This document shows, one piece after another, positions 11,790 to 25,850 of a DNA stretch of 64,000 bases. The stretch's first letter is position 1; the number at the start of each line of letters is the position of its first letter. The notes beneath the pieces were generated by a model, which worked only from the letters and a program-made list of their open reading frames with translations, ran no database searches and was not told the origin of the DNA. The position numbers were made by a program, and so were the translations under genes. Source of the DNA: Haliotis rubra (Eukaryota); NCBI RefSeq assembly GCF_003918875.1, contig NW_025767523.1, positions 372,001 through 436,000 on the forward strand. The letters run 5' to 3'.

Positions 11790-12730
11790 ACGTGCTGAAA
11801 ATGAAATTTCACAATTTGCTGTATCGTAAACATTACGAAATCGCGATTCACGGCCTTATTTGGTTATGTTTTGAAATGAAAACATCGGCTGATTACTCAA
11901 AGTAAGGATAACATCAAATCACCGGTGAAACGTCGCCGATAAACCTAGAATCGGTTGGGATACTTTGAAAAATACACAAACACGAACGCCGAAGTGAGCT
12001 CTCGGCCATATAATTTGGATAGTGTTTACAAACGCACGTTTCGCGAAGGCCGGTAATGGGACGCCTATTACATTACACACATTTCACACTGAGCTGCGAC
12101 AAATACATCACTGAATACCTCATTCGGTTTAGAATCAAACAGCAAATGATATGTGCCACCAAAGCCAAGTATCTAGATCATATACTAGATGAAATAAAAC
12201 GAAACATATTGGGTGTGAAAACAAACGTCGAGCTCTAAAAAAACATCAGATTTTGCTCTGTGTAGCATTTTCTCAAATTTTCAGACTTCCATACGTCTAT
12301 TCGTAGCATGAATAGGCTCAATACTTTTGGAATATGCATGGAAAGAGTATCGTAGCAAGAAAAAATAAATGAAAAATAATCACAATACAATGATTCCATA
12401 AATTGCTAACAAATTGTCAAATTTTCCGCGTAACGTGAGGCCATAACTGACGCAAAATTACACAGAACGACAACGGTAATATTATCGACATTTCTGACTT
12501 CTTCTCTAACTTACAATGAAAACAATAAAAACAAATAACAGCACGCAGATAGTCAGAATGTTTCTGATTACTTGCATGACATATTTATGTACAAAAGATC
12601 CCTGAATCGAGGGAAGGTCTCCCAAAAAATCCTGCGTACCAATGTCAGCGAACCCGCCATTTTGTAAATAAATCGGTCACCGCTTGTGAGGTCAACATTG
12701 TATTTCTTTAAGGTGAAGGTCGGTTGAATG
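11790..12730. repeat. Unclassified interspersed repeat, probably a non-autonomous DNA element
   Basis: Copies at ~23315-23952 and ~35625-36560, plus a more diverged independent copy at ~15930-16730. Confidence 0.55.
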
Positions 12731-15700
12731 GTGTCGCTTACAGGTTCAATATCATGATGCATATTTTGCGTATCTGTTTATTTGTTCAGAAAACTAACTT
12801 AAGTTTGCTTTGTACAATATCATACGTAGATGGTGGATGTAAGTTTTTTTTATCCTTTGAGTGAGTGAGTGGGTATGGTTTCAAAGGCGGATCCAGGAAT
12901 TTTCAATAGACCATTCTTAGCCAATATGCATGACCTCGAGGTCAAATCGATAGAGGCTTAAATAGGTTGACACAACCTTGAAAATGGCGACCTCGAAAAG
13001 GAAAGATTACTGCTGTGTGCCTTTGCGTTGGAGTGATGCCCGTAAGGATTTTACGGTATCTTTTCACCATATTCCCAAGAATAAGATCAGAAGAAGGCAG
13101 TGGTTGACGAAAATACGGAGAGATCCTGGAAAATGATTCATAGTAAGTACAAAATAATTACGGCACATGGCATAGTCTAGATCTGCCGTGTAATGCACAA
13201 ACTGTTCACTATGCAAGGTTTTAATATTAGGGGCACATGTACAATGTGAATGTCACACACACACACAGACACATTCAAACCCCACCCACCCACCCCCACA
13301 CACACACATTGTCATGTTCAAAATCAGTGATCACCCCCCTAGTTCATATGTACACAATTGGCCCCTCCCCCTGCCTCCCGAAACAAACTGGGAGACACCC
13401 CAACCCCCACAAACACCGCACCTAAAATCATCATCACCTCCCCTAGTCATAAATTATGAACGGTCCATTATATTAATTTTTTTTAAGCATATGGACATAT
13501 GGAGACACTTGTCATGATGGCAAGGGAATTTTATTTGCAAATATTCTGTATCAGTGAAATTAGATTGGCTGCAAATCAAAGTAACATTTCAAGTACATGT
13601 ATATGCAGGACACACACATGCTGTTAAAAAATCTTAAATATGTACTTTCAAAATGACTGCATACTGACCAGTATGCCTTGGTATACACTTTAAATAGAAC
13701 TGTACCCATAACCGACCCCTGTGGCACACCGCTTGAAAAGTTCACTGGAGCTGAACATACACCATCGATATACACCGACTGATACCGATGCGACAGATAG
13801 GATTCGAACCAGGACCATACATACCATTGAGAAAGAGGTCATTCTTGAGGTGCCTGCGTTGCATCTAGTGGTCTATGGTATCAAACGCCGCGCTCAAATC
13901 TAACAACGCCAGGAGCGCAATGTCAATACCACATCTAAGAATGTTGAGGACTTTCAATAGGGCTGTCTCCGTACTGTGTTTAGGGCGGTATGCAGATTGG
14001 AAAGGCTCGTACAAATCACACGAGAGGATAACAGACGTATTCCTTGTTCCTGACAAGAACAGTATAGGAACAAGAGCTTTTCTTGAAATGCTTTCTTTGT
14101 AAGAAATATGTAGATATTATAATCCATAAGGATGAATTGTTGATAACAGTTTGATGTTCAGAATGTTTATATTTGAATAGATTTGATGATTCTCATATGG
14201 TGATGTTCTATCACTCATTATGATAGCTGATGGGTGTACTGCAGTCTGGAAACCAATGGAAAAGCGTTACTAGTATGCTTTAGGGTTGAGATGAGTTTCA
14301 GAAAAAGAAAATACATCGTTTTAAAACACAATATTCCTCTCCAAAGTTCACAAGAAGCATGTGCAATGGATACATACTTCTTGTTTTGTATCGTTGTCAT
14401 AATTATTGCGTTATTTTATGGTCGTTTTGCGACTTAGGTCATTCTGCCAGAAAACGGATATTCAATAATCAGTTTTTCTTCCATAATTCTGAATATGTTT
14501 GATGAAACAACGTCAAAGTAAAGCATGATGCATTTTATCCCACAACGCAAGTCTAACAAAGAGTACAAAGCCTTTTCCCCAGTAGTTTTCAAGATACTAG
14601 TTTTTCGCCTCTCCTGAAAACCTACAAAAAATGACTTAGGTCGTTCTGCTTCTCAACCCTTCATATGTCAGATGCACAAATCTTCAATGCTTCGGAGTTG
14701 AAGGAGTGTATAGACGATGGCAGCATATGAACCATTGTCAAATGATGATCTGGATATGCCTTACTTCATACTTGCATACTTCGTCAATATCTAATGAAAC
14801 CCTACCCAAGAAGAGGTCCGTCAGAAACTGAACTGATTGCCAACTACAATATATCCAGAGCAAGGAGAGTCGTGGAGAATGCAAACCGATGGCAATTTCT
14901 ACTCAACACTGCGCAACAGGGTCCAGATGTGGCTAGGATTATGGTTGAAGCTGCCGTGTGCATCCTGGCTGTCATCTGGTGGTGGGCTGTTCTCTTTGTT
15001 CTTGCCGTGTTTCCATTACAGCAGTTGAAATTGGAGTGACGTTGACTTCGATCGACGGTGCTTTTATACCTTTTTCTGTCAGTCTGATGTGGGTCGTGCA
15101 AATCGTGAGTAAAGCGTGAACATTACGTAAGTGGATCGTGTCTTATTTGGGAGGAATTGTGCTGATGCGTGGCTTTGACAGCTCTGCTTTGTTAGGCAAT
15201 TATCTTGTCGGTTCCATGTTGGGGATGTATCAGAAGTTAATCGTGGTTGATCGGGTGTGAATCGTGGTATTACGGGGATGACACGTGGCCGTTTCTGCCT
15301 CTCAGTAGTGGTACGACTCGTTCACACTTCGCCTACGGTTAAGTCGATTTGCTCACGATGCTTGATGATGCATTCCCGACACACTGGCGACTATCCCGAT
15401 CAGTTACGCACAACTTACGACTTTTTTTTTCAATCGGCTCATGGTTTTTTAACCTCCAGACTATGCAGACACACTCGCGTATCTTGCTGATCTCTGCCGA
15501 CTACTCCAGGTATATTTCCAACATTATACGATTGCTGGCGATTTAAAAAAAAAATCCTGCCAGGAGTTAGTCCCCTTGGACTGAAGAAAGGGGTGTAAAA
15601 AATATAATGCAAGTGCAAATAGTCCTCATTTAAATGCACAGGATCCGGTTGTATCATTGCTTCATTAACTAATGTCAACATTAAACCCTAATCATACATT

Positions 15701-17319
15701 AAATCCTTAATGCATCATTAGTTAATGGCATCATTAAAAACGGTTTTATCAAACACTTATTAGCGTATCATTATCTAATGACGTCCTAATGTAAATATTT
15801 TCATTAAATCCGGGGATTCCCCAAATTTCTTCCCACAATTCCACGCTGTTAACATGTAATAGTATAGGGCTAAACCCCTCGGAACAAAAAACAAACATTT
15901 CGACTGCTGTGAAGAAACACATCTAAATAATTCTGAAACGTCGCCGATAAACCTAGAATCAGTTGGGATGTTTTGGAAAATACACGAACACGAACGCCGA
16001 AGTGAGCTTTCCGTCATATTGGATAGTGTTTACAAAATCAAGTTTCGCTAAGGCCAGTCATAGGACGCCTATTAAATCATGTATATTTCATATTCAGTTG
16101 TGACAAATGCATCGCTGAATTCCTCATACATTTTAGAATCAAATTCCAAATGGTCTTTGTCACTAAAACCAAGTGTCTAAGAAAAAACGAAACATATTTG
16201 GTGTGAAAACGGGACGTTGTGCTCATTACACAGCGCTGGCTAGAAATATAAACAAAGCAAAATCAGATTTTATACTGTGCAGCATTTTCTCAATTTTTTT
16301 AGACATCAGTTCGTCTATTCGTAGCATGCATGAGCTCAATATTTTTAGAATATGCAGGGAAAGAGTATCGTAGCAAGAACTAGAAAACTTAAAACAGATA
16401 CAATACTGAAATTTGATATACATATTCATACGAAAGTTCTGTGAAGCGTGACGCCATGCGAGACGCAAAATCATGGAGAACGACATAGGTAATTATCGGC
16501 ATTTCTGACTTTTTCAATGAAAACAATAAAAACAAACAACCATACGCAGATAGTCAGAATATTTCCGATTACTTACATCATACATTTATGGACAAAGGTT
16601 CCCTCGCAAAATCATGGGCACCCATATCCATGAAGCCGCCATTTCATGAGAAATCGGTCATCGGTAGTGATGTCATACATCAACATTGTTGGACATATGT
16701 GGCAATTTCTTTGAGGTGAAGGTCGGTTGAATAAGAGTTAACACTTGTATTATTAATGAATACTTTGTGTATCGTTCACATATGGTTTCATGAAACTAAT
16801 TTCATTATCATCATTTAGTATTTTAAACCTAAGAAAAACTGACATAATAAATAAATATGATTTAATTATTTCATGAAATGTATATATGCACACGTTTGTA
16901 AAGGATATGTCTTGTTCATTGAATTTGTTTATGTTGTGTTATAGACAAGACAATGGCGTATACTCATTGGCCAGGTGCGCGTTTGTCACAAATGTTTTGA
17001 GTATGATTGTTTTCGATTATTCTGTGAACAAAACATCACGAAAATATTGTGTCCTTATTTACAGCAAATTCTCGCCAAGTGATCTGAGTTACAATGACTT
17101 AGTATTAAGCATACCGGAGTGAGGCCCCATTATCTTTATAAGCGTGTGACCTTTATGTAGCCATTTGACGTCATAGGGGGAAATCCATTTTCAACACATA
17201 TTGCGAGTCACTTTTAAGATTGAGTGTATAACGTTATACATAAGCACAGAAACTAATTTAATACATACCTATGTCATTCAGGTATCAGGCAGAATTTTGT
17301 TCACTCACACTTTCCGTAA

Positions 17320-19100
17320 ATTCTACCATGACTTCAGTAAACACTGGATTGTGATTGGTTAATTAAAGTCATTCAGAGGTATATAATCACGTTATACAGG
17401 TCTCTGTTTTCCGTGCGCAATCATACATGGTTTACGGTAATGCACTATTTTTGTCTGCCCACTAACATGGCGGACACCAAACAACCTACCGATGCATCGA
17501 TAAATTACGGCGATTTTACTGTCGGAAATTACACATTTGTCTTTAAAGATGGATTTAGCGATGACGGGCTCGACTCACTACTTGCGTAAATCACAGCAAT
17601 AGGTGTTTATACATACAAAAGTACTTCGAAAGCATGGAAACAAATATTCAGTCGAACAAGATCAAAACATCGTCTGCTTTCCGAATAAAAATTCAGCAAA
17701 AACAAATATGTTTACGTTGATTCTATGTTATGTCAGAATAGATCCAGCAATAGACTGCTACATAATTTCCGTGTTAAATTTATTATCAGCTTTCGTCAAC
17801 GATATCGCCACTGATCTTGATCCGGTAACGGAGGATGCATTAACATCGAACGCCGAAGAAATTTTAATGCCTTCCGTCCACATAAATAAACAGTTGGGTT
17901 ATCAATTCAAACAAAATGATATTTTGAAATTTGTACTGTTTCAAATTTAGAGGTAGTAAAACACAATAACAGAATCTGCAAACCGTTCTGTTTAGCCCAA
18001 CATATTTTTTTCTAAAAGTATATAATATCGTTGAAAAGTTATTTAGCTTAGTCATGATCCCTCTTATCCATTACATTGCTTGATCTAAAGTAGTCTATTA
18101 AAGTATAATTAATTACCTTACCGTGTTTATGCCAGAGGTACACCCTCATGTCCTGATCCATCCTTTCGGAAATATCACCACAAATCTGGCTCTTTGTCAA
18201 CAGACTCGCGAACATGCCAGCGAATCCGATTCAATTTGAATTCACTACACTTTGAAGCCACTAGGTCACAAAACACTTTCCAAAATGTAGAAAATAATAT
18301 CCGTAGAATCGAATTTGAGCACAAAGTACACACATGAGTGTGTAAGAGTCACCACAGCTGTCGCACGCAGACGTAGAGGTGCGTGAAATCGTCAAGTTGA
18401 CAGGGCGCAAAATTCAACAGTATCTAAATTCGGTACAACACGGACTTCTCGTTACAGCAAAAGCGCCCCTACTCTTAAATTTTGTACCAGTACCAGTAAT
18501 TAGATATCAAAGACTATCTCAGTCATACAATCAGGTTAACCTTGCGCAAACTGTCAGTGGCTCTCCTGTCGCATCTTTCCAAATGTAAACAATGACTTCG
18601 AGAAAAGGTCAAGGCCATGAGGTTGCTGCCACTATTCTGGTGGGGAAAGGGTCTACGGTGGAATTTTCAAATGTGAACCAAGCTTTTTAAACTTATTTGA
18701 TATATGTTTTCCAACTTATCAGTTAATGATTGGTGATTGATGCATTGAAAAAACAAAACGTGATTTGTTATTACTGAATCTGGAGTTTGTTAGTCATTGA
18801 CGGTTTGCCACCAAACACCCCGTTTCGGGCGATACCACTTGAGATTGGAATGCGAGGCCGCTTCACGTATTGACTCGTAACCAAAGAAAGAGCTCCACCT
18901 GAAATTGTTCATAAAATTGTCATGGTAGAATGGAGATAAACCTACTGTGTGGGAAAATCAGAGGTATATAACGAAATTATAATAGCTCTAAATTGTTCAT
19001 TTAAAACCTCACGCTACGCGTTCGGTTTTAAATGAAATTTAGAGCTATTATAATTTCGTTATATACCTCTGATTTTCCCACACAGTAGGTTTATCTCCCT
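17320..19100. mobile_element. Crypton-like non-autonomous element with a short IR pair and a long terminal hairpin
   Basis: ATTCTACCATGAC (17320-17332) is inverted at 18919-18931, immediately followed by a ~167-bp palindrome (18932-19098) with a CGCTACGCG-containing loop. Confidence 0.45.
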
Positions 19101-22100
19101 AATTACTTTAAACAAACAAAACTATCTGCGCATGGGCCAAATGAAACTATTTTGAGTGCCTCCATATCTGAAAATGTTCACTATGTATCCGTCAATAAAT
19201 CTGCAAAGTTTGTTTTTATCATTAAATGCATATTATTTCGGCTGATCGATCCACTAGATTGGAAAGAAACAACGAAGCTCACTGATACGATCAATTCACA
19301 AATACATCATTTAATCAGCAGCAGCAACATCATCTCGTTTGAAACACAACCTGTTGCTAAACACAGGACTAATATACGAATGGGGAAAAAATACTCGGAA
19401 TATCAATTGATTATTGATAACCAAATATGAGGCTTAGTCAGAACTGCTCACTGTTGACATGTCATTGAAGGCTACTGCGAGAGATAATGGTTGTCATCCC
19501 TCGACTATCAGCAAATAGGCAAGAGAACTAGCATCAGCAAACAAATGACCTGAAGGACTGAATGTTCAAAGTTTAGATTTACCATTTAAATATTAAGGCG
19601 GGTCAATTTATCCAGATAGCAAGTCAAATTGAGGTATGGATAAGTTCCTGGTTAATGGTAACACACTGAGACTATGAGAAACATGATGTTTTGAGATACT
19701 TTTTTCCATGCATGCACTAATGAAAAATGATGCCAAGCATTGAGCCATTTGAACCTTACTGGGTACACCCAGCATGAAAATGGTTACAATATCACTGTAA
19801 TTTGGTTTAATGGGGAACATTAATCTGCTTAAAAGACGTCACAGCAGTCGTCCATCGTCACACCTGGATCCATCCCTGAACGTGATCCCAACACAAAGTA
19901 GGTTTTTTTAGGTACCGGCCATAATTATGTTGTATATTTCAGTATATACTGAACAACGATTATAACAAATTAAAATATATAGTTGTCCTTTTGAGTTCGC
20001 TTTAACCATAGTTTACTTCAAGTTCCCCCAAATATAATGATCTGACTGTGCTAATGCTACATCTGATGATATGAGGATTCAACTGTTTATTGTTTTCTTT
20101 CAGTATGAGAGTAGACATTTTAGGTGGTATTAAATAATGAAATAGCAGATATACATTTTGATTCATTGTTATGTTACATCACAGGTCAGTGTCATTATGC
20201 TGTCCTTGGCCTACCTATATAAAATTGCTTGGGACCGAACTCAATGAGTTGCAGTAGGTTAATGAAACTTGGTATATGTCATCCTCAGGGAGGGGCCAGT
20301 TTGGCAGAGGTTGGAAGTGACCGATATGTTACATCAAGGTAACAGTGTAGGTCTATAACTTAAGGTTTTGTGAATGGAGTGGTTACCTTAGTTAACTACT
20401 AGAATTGATAATACTGGTAATGTAATGATGGAGATATAGGTGAAGGACTTGCTGTAAGTCTTTTGGATACATTGAAGTCAAATTTGGTTTGTATTCAGGA
20501 TGGTGCTTTGGAATGTTCTGGAATTGCTTGAAGGTATATGTTGAAACATTATGTTCCTGACAAGTGTTAACTATGATATGATGGAATTTGGTACATATCC
20601 TAAAGGTCAGGTATTGAATCAAGCTTTTGTTCAAGCTGTAGAGCATTGGAATGGTTACTTTTATTTTAAAGGTAGTTTTGCATCTTTGTGTTGAGAACCA
20701 CCTCCCTGTTCTAATGGATAGATCGTCAGTGGTGAAAGTTCAGTGGTTCGATCCCCCTAGCCATGTCTCACCATGAAGACATGAAAAGATGGTACTTGTT
20801 GTTACCCTGGTTGGCACTCCTCAACTTTATTGTATATAATAACAATAACTTCAACAAAAAAAGAGATTCATTGAAAAATTTACTAATATTTATTTATTTA
20901 TATGTATATGGATATTTATATAGCGCTATATATAGTCCATCCCATCTTTATGCATGCTGAAAGCACTGTTTTTTCACCTCAATCATTGAATGTCAATATC
21001 AACGGTACATCATATTTTCAATCTCAACTCCCTGAGGATCATTTAACTCGAGCAGCCACTAGGCGCACCAAGTTAAGTTAATGTGGCTTTCCCATCCTTA
21101 CGAGGTACCCATTCATAGCTGGGTGGACTGGGACAAAGTCACAGTGCTTTGTCCAAGCTTACTGCAGGTTGCTGTACCCGCACCTAGGTGTTTGCACGTA
21201 TTCATGTGGCCACCATCTGGTCATTAACCAACGGATTTGTGGATTCTTTTAAGTGCACAGGGTTGTGTACTGTGCACTAGGGGTTGTGGCAACACTGAAA
21301 GAGTCTGCACACAAACTTGACTCCAAGGATTTTACACAATTTGACACTTTCCTTTTACTTATTTTGAAAGACCAAATCTTCAAATAGTTCAAATATGCAC
21401 AAAATGTTCTTAAGATTTTCATTTTTATGTAAATGTTCCAATTGTTCAAGCCACATCACATGTCTCTTGATGAAGCTGAATACACTGCAGCATGATTTGT
21501 ACAACCTGTTTTCCCCATCCCATTTGTATGTCCGGAGGAACTTGCAAATAACAACTGAAACACACACTATAAAAAAAAAGCAGTAACTTTTATAAATGTA
21601 ATAACAATGCCTTGACAAAATCAAATTGATGGAAATATTTACTGACAATAGATCATTTCATTTTGCTTGTTTCGAGAGACTAAGTCTTCAAATAGTCCAA
21701 ATAGGCACAAAGTGTTCTTTAGATTTTCACAATTTTGTAAATGTTCAAATTGTTCAAGCCACATCACATGTCCATCTAGTACAGAGTGAACAGTCCCTTG
21801 ATGAAGCTGAAGACACTGCAGCAGCATGCTGTCTCAAATGACTGTGGCTGACTTGGTTCTTCCAGGTGGCTCACATCAATCAGGACATAGGATTCTGTTT
21901 TCACAGGCTGTACTGTAAATGGTGATGTGGGATTTCCCAAGTCTATCTCAGGTATGTCCTGCTCCAAGTTCATGGAGGAAAGTATTGCACATGGTTTTGT
22001 GGGATCTCCCAAGTCTATCTCAAGGATGTCCTGCTCCAAGTTCATGGAGGAAAGTATCGCACATGGTTTTGTGGGATCTCCCAAGTCTATCTCAAGGATG

Positions 22101-22678
22101 TCCTGCTCCAAGTTCATGGAGGAACCAGACAGTGACCGAAGGGCAGGGTTAGGGAGAGGGGTCTGGGTGATGGGTGGGGATACCACAGCAGTTGACAGCT
22201 TAGAGGGGAAAGGAAGGCAGTGTAATGAAGACAGAAGATGTGTAAAAAAATAGCTAATTTAATAATCTTTCTTCCCTATTAAAATGGCATAGTGTGTGAT
22301 TGTTTCGAGAAGGTACATGTCAAAGTTGTCTACTTCTTCTAATCAGTAATCTTGATTTACTGTCTTCTATTAATTATATTTAAATCTAATGAATGGCGAC
22401 AAAAAACTCCAAATCACAACCGTCTGTTTTATATCATGGGGAGAGGTCAAGAAAATCCCTAGATGACCTACTGGGAGAGGGACAGGATGGTCGGAGGGGC
22501 AGGCAGCAATGGTAGGACGCTGAGACTTTCTCAACTCTTCCCGAGCTGCCGAGGGAAATGATGAATAAATCTATGTAAAACGTATTCAAAATTGATGCTA
22601 GATAGGGAAATGGATCTAATACCTAACACATAAAATATGAATTATCATTATTTCCAACCTCCGCAAAAGGTTTTCAAC

Positions 22679-22855
22679 CACAGGCCCCCACTGCGGGTCA
22701 GAAAATCGATAAACTAGGCCCTGGTTTACTATCCAACCCCTCTATTAAACTAAGCCCTGGTTTACTATCCAGCCCCCTACTATTATATAGTTGGGGGCTG
22801 GATAGTAAACCAGGCAAAGGTTTATCGATTTTCTGACCCGCAGTGGGGGCCTGTG
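22679..22855. mobile_element. Palindromic MITE with 8-bp TSD (P- or hAT-like termini)
   Basis: 36-bp TIR CACAGGCCCCCACTGCGGGTCAGAAAATCGATAAAC; TSD TTTTCAAC at 22671-22678 and 22856-22863. Confidence 0.85.
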
Positions 22856-23955
22856 TTTTCAACTTTTAAATTCACACTGCCGTGTTCTTTACGTGGAAAT
22901 AAGTCCACATTATCTTAGATACATGTATTATATATGATTCGCATAAAGATTTGAGGGTCTCATGAAAATCGTGTTTACTCGTTAGCTAACTACGGAGGTT
23001 TGTTGATCGAACGCCATTAGGCAGACATGCGGCCAAAGTTAGACTTACTGATAATATACCGAAATCAAAACCAAATTTAACTTAAAAGACCTAAATAATG
23101 TACCTTGATGGTAAACACTTGCAACGCTCGTGAACATGATGCAAAGTTGGTCACAAGTGTGAATCAAATCGTAAAATGACAGCAGAGACTTGAATTTTGC
23201 AACACAAATGCTAAACAACAATGGCGTCGTTTGCAGAGAACAGTCACCATGGAGATGTTCTCGCGAGATCACAACGGGTGTTTTCAGGAAGTGAACTGGC
23301 AACGGGGATGTTGTGCGTGCTGAAAATGAAATTTCACAATTTGCTGTATCGTAAATGTCGCCATTTTTGAAACATTACGAAATCGCGATTCACGGCCTTA
23401 TTTGGTTATGTTTTGAAATGAAAACATCGGATGATTACTCGAAGTAAGGATACATCAAATCACCGGTACCAATTAATAGTAATTCTGAAACGTCGCCGAT
23501 AAACCTAGAATCGGTTGGGAAATTCTATACTTTGAAAAATACACAAACACAAACGCCGAAGTGAGCTCTCGGCCATATAACTTGGATAGTGTTTACAAAC
23601 TCACGTTTCGCGAAGGCCGGTAATGGGACGCCTATTACATACAGTCGGTTTAGAATGAAACAGCAAATGATATGTGCCACCAAAGCCAAGTGTCTAGATC
23701 ATATAGATGAAATCAAACGAAACATTGGGTGTGAAAACAAACGTCGTGCTCTAAGAAAACATCAGATTTTGCTCTGTGTAGCATTTTCTCAAATTTTCAG
23801 ACTTCCATACGTCTATTCGTAGCATGCATAGGCTCAATACTTTTGGAATATGCATGGAAATAGTATCGTAGCAAGAAAAAATAAATGAAAAATAAACACA
23901 ATACAATGATTCCATAAATTGCTAACAAATTGTCAAATTTTCCGCGTAACGTTAC

Positions 23956-24490
23956 TGTGAAGTAGTTGTAATGACAGTATCATGAGCCAGGTCGTGTTGA
24001 CCTAGATAAGGCTGTCGGAGTGATCTCCCTTGAATGTATGCGCGTCTCTCACTGAATAAACAGTCATCGCCCACGTGAGCCTCTGTCCATCACATGGTGT
24101 CAGAAGAAATTAAGGATGGAAAGACTAAACCTCTGGCACTGGATTTGCAAGGCAACCTGGCAGAGAATTGGAGATGTCGACGTTGTCAAACAGCAGTTTG
24201 ACATTTACAGCGCAGCAAGTGGCCTTGGTGAGAAAGACGAGAAAATTCGAGCGAACACGTTGCATGTGCTCGGACCGGAAGCGCTGTCCAGACATTTACA
24301 ATACTTTCACGTGGGCTGAAGCAGACAAAGGTAGCAAAGATTTATGAGAAGTTTGAATGCTATTGTAATCCAAGAAAGAATGTTACATATGAAAGACATT
24401 TTTTTCAACACCAGAAACCAAGCGCTAGGTGAGAGTATGTGACAGACCTACGAAATAAAGCCAAAACCTGTGAGTATGGGACATTACATG
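23956..24490 (+). mobile_element. Ty3/Gypsy 5' LTR, PBS and truncated gag
   Basis: 139-bp LTR TGTGA...AATAAA...TCACA (23956-24094); PBS TGGTGTCAGAAG (tRNA-Leu type); frameshifted gag LDLQGNLAENWR..KQQFDIY..YCNPRKNVTYERH..LRNKAKTCEYG. Confidence 0.85.
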
Positions 24491-25109
24491 AACAGAACAA
24501 TAATCCAACCGACTCCTTCGCCTGGATGAAGTCAGCTGGTCTTAAATGTGAAACTGAGGGCTTCCTTTTTGCAGCTCAGGACCAATCACTTTCCACTCTC
24601 AATCGGCAAGATGTGATTCTTGAACAAAATGTCAATATGAATTGTTGAATTTGCAATGAATTTACAGAAACTGCCCAACACCTTCTCAGTGGATACCCTT
24701 CTTTGGCACAAACAGCATATCTTAAAAGACATGATGGCGTGGCTCGTTGCTTCTACTATCGTTTTCGCCATGCCAGCGGCGTTGACTTCGAGGTCCATCG
24801 ATGGTACGATGATAAAGCCAAAGAATTTATTTATGTTATTGAATTTTCTGTCCCTTTGCACACCAACTTGATTGGCAAAATTCAGAAATAGCATGCTGAA
24901 TATGCGGACCTCGCCTTTGAAATGTCTTGCTTGCATCCCAATTACATTGTCGTCAGATTCGCCACTGTTCTTGGTGCCATTAGTTTGGTACCTCCTGATC
25001 TCTTGGCGCAGATCAGGAGAGTGTACGGATTCTCCACCGGGAGCACAGCCCTTCTGACTCTCTGCGTAATGCAGAAGGCTCAGTGTTAGGAGCCTTTATA
25101 TTCTCCGGA

Positions 25110-25850
25110 AATTTCTTGGTGCGTTCGACTAGGCAGCGTTTCCTGGGACAAGTCCCATTTGTTGTCTGGGCTGCGTGTAGAAGGGGCCGGGGCCCTGAGC
25201 TGATGATGAGCCTTACCAGCCTGATCAAGTCAAAACATTGAATACACAAGAGTCTCGTTTCATGTTGACTGGGTCCCGTCCTATTGCGCAACTTAGTACA
25301 ATAACCAGTCCAGAATTTTGAGACCAGTACATGTAACTGGATACATAATTATTAATCAGAGTGATGTGACACCAGTTTATCTTCAACGCTGACACTATTG
25401 ATCAATGCATATTCATCCTCTGACGTCACCACCCAGTCAAGAATATGGCCTGATTTGTGAGTAGGGGTCGTAACATGTTGTTTCAAAGAATGAGCCTTCA
25501 GCAGAGAAAGTACTTTCCTTACGTCAGACCTAGTTACATTGTCAAAATGAATGTTGCAGTCACCAATAAACAAGGTGTGCCTCCGTGGATATGCTGCAAA
25601 AAGCCGAGAAAGGTCTTCATGAAAGTCCAAATGTGAGAGTTTGTTTTTAGATGATGGCGGTGGTCGATAGAGACATACTATCCTAACTGTCGTGTTGAAA
25701 GCTGCTATGGTTACGTCTATATGCTCGAATGATACATAGGAATCCTTAGGGTGTACTATGTCGACAACGAGAGATGACCTATAGATGATAGCCACGCCCC
25801 CACCTCTGCTTGATCGAGAGACATGTTTCAATGTGAAACCTCCTGGAGTC
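25110..25850 (-). pseudogene. L2/CR1-group LINE AP-endonuclease fragment
   Basis: ORF 25352..25876: RGGGVAII, CLYRPP, IGDCNIH, PTHKSGHILDWV. Confidence 0.85.

Larger units (their letters stand above)
2190..12909. repeat. Segmental duplication copy A
   Basis: Collinear near-identical blocks recur at 13673-23952 and 24490-36644; the ORF track shows the same short ORFs two or three times. Confidence 0.9.
13673..23952. repeat. Segmental duplication copy B
   Basis: Collinear with A from ~3700 to ~12435; ~15640-19105 replaces A 6860-7255; cut on the right by a Gypsy LTR. Confidence 0.9.

Noticed and set aside
11920-11960. Hammerhead-like GAAACGTC in the unclassified repeat
   Set aside because: No upstream CUGANGA/UUGANAA core or helix II.
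24439-24648. Gag / R4-like fusion gene
   Set aside because: A chance in-frame junction of two degraded TE fragments at a duplication breakpoint; it stops after 69 codons.
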